The translations under genes and the position numbers were made by a program. A stretch of DNA of 64,000 nucleotides from the NCBI GenBank assembly GCA_964019335.1, contig OZ025664.1, positions 682,001-746,000 of the forward strand. Reading direction: 5' to 3'. Below the pieces are notes generated by a model, which was not told the DNA's origin, searched no databases, and saw only the letters and a list, made by a program, of their open reading frames with translations. Below, one piece after another: positions 59,166 to 64,000 of the stretch; within the stretch, counting starts at the first letter, position 1; every line of letters starts with the position of its first letter. This DNA is from Diplonema japonicum (Eukaryota > Protista > Euglenozoa: Diplonemea).

Positions 59166-60176
59166 ATGTCTCATGCCGATGACGAGCTCTATGAGATAAC
59201 AGTGGTATGCCACCCGTACCCTCCCACCACAGCAGGGCAACTCGTCAGATGGCAGTTTTACCGACAAGCAGGATGGATGCGGTAAGCAGTCTTTCCCTGA
59301 CAATCAAGAAGGAGCTGAGGTGTGGTAGCTTTCTCTTTTGTTACCGTACAGATATGCCCAATGTGCTTAGATCCGAAGCAGCAGAAAGCCGACGGTTCTC
59401 TATCTGTGATCCAGCCTTGCCAACATGAGTTCCATACCAACTGCATGTATTTGGTATTGTGGCTCTTTTCTCCCGTCCGACTCTTTTCCCAGTTATTTTC
59501 GAAGTGCTTTGTACGGGAGTGTCCTATGTGCAGGGGGCCAATTATGGCCATCAAGAAGGACAACGAGGCGGTTGTGCCGGTAGCAGAGCTGCGGAAGCTG
59601 TTCAGACATCAGTGCTACGGTGTGCGGTTCCGTAAGGAGTCATACATAGAGGACAACTCACCCTATGGTGCTGAGGTGTGCGTGGTGTTGCGTTTTTATA
59701 CCTCACAGGTGACGTCGTTCCTTACCTTCTCTGAGCAGACAAGACGGCTGAGGATCAAGAAGCATTGTAATTCCGCAGGTGAGAGACTGTACAAGGCGAA
59801 GATACCCAGCGTCGTCATTGAGCTAGTAGACAGCGACGGTGTGCCCCAGGAGTCGCACAACGAGAACATTCTTGTATCTCTCCTGCACTCTAACCAGAAC
59901 GGCAGCACCACTGTCGCTCCCGATACAGTCATGATGCACCATGGCGTGGCCGTCTTCAACCAGATCGATGTCGAGTGCCGTGAGCCTGGCATCCTTGCAA
60001 TGAAGTTCGTCATCCAAGCCCCTGGCCTCTTGGTGCACCACAAAGCTGTCTTTGCAGCAATTGATTTTTATGACCCATACAAATGCAGTCTGCTACTTGT
60101 CTTCCTGAGTAGCATCTGTGTTTTGATCATCATTTCCGTCTCGTTGATAGTGACCGTCTACGTCACCGACCCATAG
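59166..60176 (+). CDS. C-terminally anchored RING-H2 E3 ligase; introns 59205-59232/5, 59320-59351, 59454-59492, 59676-59708
   Basis: CPMC...PCQHEFHTNC...CPMCR after splicing, and a C-terminal TM helix. Confidence 0.8.
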
Positions 60177-60262
60177 ACATCTTTACAGGTGGCGTGGAAA
60201 GTGTAGTAAGTAAAGTAGATGATTCATTCGCATTAAGTGCTCCTTTTAAAAACCTCACAGCA

Positions 60263-63200
60263 ATGAGCGAGAAAGCGTTGCTCATTAAATGGATACTAAA
60301 GAAGCACGCGGATGTGGACAGCCTGGGTGACATTGACGTTGAGGGCATCAAGGCAGCGGTACTCATAAGGGCGCTGGACGAGGGGAAATGTGTTGATATT
60401 AATGAGCTGATAGCTTTGTCACGGGAACCGCCTGCAGACGAGCGAGGTAGACCTAAACGTGTTTCTGTTGATCTTCTGGCGACAGGCACGTCAGCCTCGC
60501 AGCCCTCGTCACCAAACCTTCCTTCGCAGGGGGTTACATCATCCTCCGCGTCGTGCACTTCTACATCCCCCAGGTGCCTTACGCACCCTGACTTTCTGTT
60601 CTTCCCACCGGTTCTCCTCAGGCGGCCTATCCAATCTGACGTAAGACCCTTCCATTCCCACCACAAGCAGCTCTCCTTACTGAGGGATAAGATGATTTCT
60701 TCACAGTCCTATCGGACCCGCCTCGTACACCTTGCAGGACTGGAGTCTGCACTTATTGCGTGCAACCTGAACGGTAGGCGTGTCATGGAGATCGAGTCGG
60801 CTCTTGACCTTCCCTCCGCCGTGGTGAGAGGGATGACAAGCATGCTGAAGAAGGGTGTACAAGACCGCCCGAACACAGAAACAACCAGCAGTCTGCAATG
60901 GCGAGTGGAGTGCCTGAAGTGGAGTTTCGAACATCAAGTAGAAGCGGTAAAGGCTTTCAGTGAATGTGAAAACTCGCTGAAAGACTGGCGTGTGTGCTGT
61001 GTGTTGCTTATAATAGATTCTTTAGAAGGTAATTTTACGGAGCTTTGCTCAAGGCTTCTTACTTGTGCTAATAAGCCTACGCAGTGGGAGGATCCCCTGC
61101 AGGAGCTGAGTAGTGCGATACCCGAGGGTGCGATGATGTCTTCGCACGTGGCACTGGAGCTTTACTCAGGTTTGGTTGCGCTTTTCATGTCGCAAGACGA
61201 CGATGAGCCTGTGGACCAAGAAGTGGTGTATGATGTGCTTGCTCCTTTGCGTGAGATGTGGGGTATATCGTCATACGTGCACGGCGTTGTGAAGTCTACG
61301 ATGGCTGTCGAGCTGCTCACCATTGAAGGGTCAAAGGACGCTAGCACGCAGAATGCTATGTGCAGAATGGTTGAACTATTCCCTAAGCCCGAAGATGAAA
61401 GCGACAAAGACTGGTGTCTGTCCCTGATAGCGTCTGTGATTGGCAGGCTCTACCAAATGTTCCTCGTCCCCTCCTTTACATCCCCCTCTTCTAGCATACA
61501 CGATATTGTGCGGTGCTGTGCATACCTGGGCGACCAGTATCTTTACAAAGACCTGGAGCCATATCTCTCAGCTGTTCTCAATACCATTGGTGCCACCAGT
61601 CCTTTCAGCGTGGACGACGACATCAGCAGCGTGGCGCGTGACCTTGTGAACAATGGTGTTTGGTTTGGTGTCAGCATCAATTGGAAGATGTTGCAAAGCA
61701 ATGTCAAGAAGCAGCTTGAACAAGAGCTGCCGCCGCCTGTAGTGACGAGGAAGCTGTCTGCGTTGTTAGATGGCAGTGATTACATCCCTGAAAAGGCTGA
61801 ATTGCCACGTATCACTCTTGCGATTGGTATTCTCAAGAAGTTGCCCCGCGAAATGGAAAAGCACATTTCTCTGCTGTCTGCTACGAATTCTCAGCCGCTG
61901 CGCGCAGTGGCGGCGGCATCGTACTTCAGGCACATCATCAGCCTTTTCGATGACGAAGACGACGCACTCAACATGGCGTGCGACGAGACGATGCAGATGC
62001 TGGCGCTCATGAAGGGCATCGTACAGCGCCACCCAGCAAGCAGTTGCATCATCGATACTTTATCCCTGTTGTCGCCGAGGCTGATGAAGTCAGCAGGCAA
62101 GCGCATCACAGCACTGCAGGAGAGCATGTCCGATTTTGTAGAAAGTGCAATAAGAAAAGCTGACTGGATGGTCGAGGAAGGGCAAAAGCTCGTTCTGCCA
62201 GAGATCATCGACTGCTTCGCTTGTTTCAACGAAAACATGAGCACCGTAAACAATTTCTTTTTCCCAAACTCCACAGTGTTTGCAAAGGGCATCGTGCAGT
62301 GTGCCTCAGGCAGCACGCAGTGCCTAGCAGAGCATGTCTCTCGCAGGTTCCATATGCCTACTGCAGCGGAGGGGTCGCTGGATGGCCTTATGATGCTGCA
62401 GTGCGGCGGCTCTTTAGGACATGCTGTCATCGCTCTCAACTCCCTTCTCGCGATTGAAGAAGAGTACGTCAAAACGATAAGTCTGTTTTCTGAGTCTTGG
62501 TCAGCTGTTTGCCCTTTGATTGGGGAAGCTTCTCTAAATACCGCATCTCAGACGAAAGGAACCCTGGCCTACTTGGGGACGAAGAAAGACGAGTTGACTA
62601 GATACCTGGCGGCAGTGATGACGTTCGGGAACCAGGCGGAGGACTGGAAGCAAGGACTGTACTCGATAGATATGAAACATTATAAAAAGTACAAGCACGA
62701 CAAGAAATATTTATTGAAGAACGGTGCTTGCAGCCATCTGAGGTTTTCCGGTGTTTCTATACGCGACATGCTAGCTGTGGTTGATCAAGGGATGAATAGC
62801 AGCCTTCCGTTCCTGTTGCAGCCTGATGTGCGGATGCACGTAGTGGAGTACTCCCTTAAAATGTGGTGCATACTGTTTGAGTGGGTGTTGCTAGGCGATT
62901 CCTCAACTGAGAAGTACGGCAGGCACTTCCACGAGGAGCAAACTCCTCGGCTCCTGGAGGACATCACATACATAGAGGGCTTCTACAACGCTGGTGGAAC
63001 AGTATGCCTGTTTGCGACTACATAACACCTTCACCCCAGGGCCTGCCCCACTCAGTTATGAAGAAGTATTTAGGACGCATCAAGCTCATCATTCAGTTGG
63101 TTATGAGCAGGCCAACCGAGGAGTTGCTCGATGGCGGTCCCTTGTGCCTTCCTTACAACAGCCTGTCAGAGGTATCAGACGGAGGAGGAAGGGAAAAAAA

Positions 63201-63320
63201 GGAAAGAAAAAAAAACAGGACGATCCTCAGAAGCCCGCTTGCAAGAGAGTTGTCCGTGATACACTGTCCCATCGCAAAGACCCACTTGCAAAGAAATTTG
63301 TAAAAAAATTGTCTTCTTAG
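60263..63320 (+). CDS. unc-13/MUN (DUF810, PATROL1-like) helical tethering protein; introns 63002-63039, 63172-63218, probably 60641-60667/70
   Basis: All-helical. 'LREMWGISSYVH', 'LLEDI..I..FY.AGG.GLP' and C-terminal 'LSHRKDPLAKKFVK' resemble Munc13-homology domains. Confidence 0.65.
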
Positions 63321-63376
63321 TTATGTACTAGCTTGTGTGTTGCAGTGATAGAATTTCCAGGTAAAATAAAAAATAA

Positions 63377-64000
63377 ATGATGAGGAGGTTTGCCTGCAGG
63401 ATAGGAAGGGCAAGGGGAGTGAGGTTTGTTGGGGATAAGCCTGGAACGGATGTAGGCTTTGGTCAGAACGTTGACGAAGTCATCAACAATATTCATCTGA
63501 GTGACGAGGAGATGAAGCGTTTAGTGAAAGTAAGCAATCGAGCGTCGCTACCAGAGCTCTTGGGGGAAGACCCACAGAACATCATTCCAGAGGCTTTCTA
63601 TGAGTCAGAGACGGTAGACCTCGCGTTGGCGTTTATTACAGCAGTGGATAGTCTGAACCTCAGTGCCGAAGAGACGCGGACAGTGGAAGACTTGTTTGAT
63701 ACTGCGTTTGAGGGAAAGGAACCAAGTGAGTTATTCGTAAAGGCGTGTCTGTGTTTGGAGGTGCAGACCCTCAGGGAGAACAGTGAATGCTTGTTGTTGA
63801 TCGGAAAGTTCATTCGCGACAGCATACACCCTACGCACAGGAGGGCAGTCTTGTCGTTGACGTACCAATGCTATCCGCTTCCACATTTTGAAGAACTGTG
63901 GACGTTGCACAAACTTCCTGCAGGAGTCGCTGTCTCGCAGGACATGCTCTTCGACTTGGTGCGGACGGGGACTTCACAGCACTATGACGTGCTTGTCGAG
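63377..64000 (+). CDS. Partial CDS running off the window; Arg-rich mitochondrial-like presequence
   Basis: MMRRFACRIGRARGVRF..., with no stop before the window end. Confidence 0.7.
   Translation, partial: MMRRFACRIGRARGVRFVGDKPGTDVGFGQNVDEVINNIHLSDEEMKRLVKVSNRASLPELLGEDPQNIIPEAFYESETVDLALAFITAVDSLNLSAEETRTVEDLFDTAFEGKEPSELFVKACLCLEVQTLRENSECLLLIGKFIRDSIHPTHRRAVLSLTYQCYPLPHFEELWTLHKLPAGVAVSQDMLFDLVRTGTSQHYDVLVE

Overview
Eukaryotic, gene-dense DNA that looks euglenozoan, most likely a diplonemid (inferred from a BILBO1-N domain protein, a TDY MAPK resembling kinetoplastid MPK3/5, one-directional gene order and many cis-introns). About 33 host protein genes all lie on the + strand, often only 45-90 nt apart, and many have an AC-rich AG just before the ATG, consistent with polycistronic transcription and trans-splicing. 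Many genes are split by very short GT-AG introns (about 39 reconstructed by eye, mostly 28-51 nt, donor usually GTATG). Several introns have a poly-A tract where a polypyrimidine tract is expected. Recognisable products are a degenerate kinesin, LRRC56, a TauE/SafE transporter, an SGNH hydrolase, a POMP-repeat surface protein, a MAPK, an ATP9/NEO1 flippase, a PHO80-like cyclin, XPB next to a REX1-B protein, a soluble three-domain adenylate cyclase, glycine cleavage H protein, a RING-H2 ligase and an unc-13/DUF810-like protein. The only minus-strand gene is an intact, intron-containing, Sola-like DDD transposase inside a 2.4-kb element with terminal inverted repeats (TIRs), flanked by TA repeats (38520-40919). 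Two spliced micro-genes missed by the ORF track and candidate AGA-box hairpin RNAs were also found. All gene models and family calls are manual; no searches were run.
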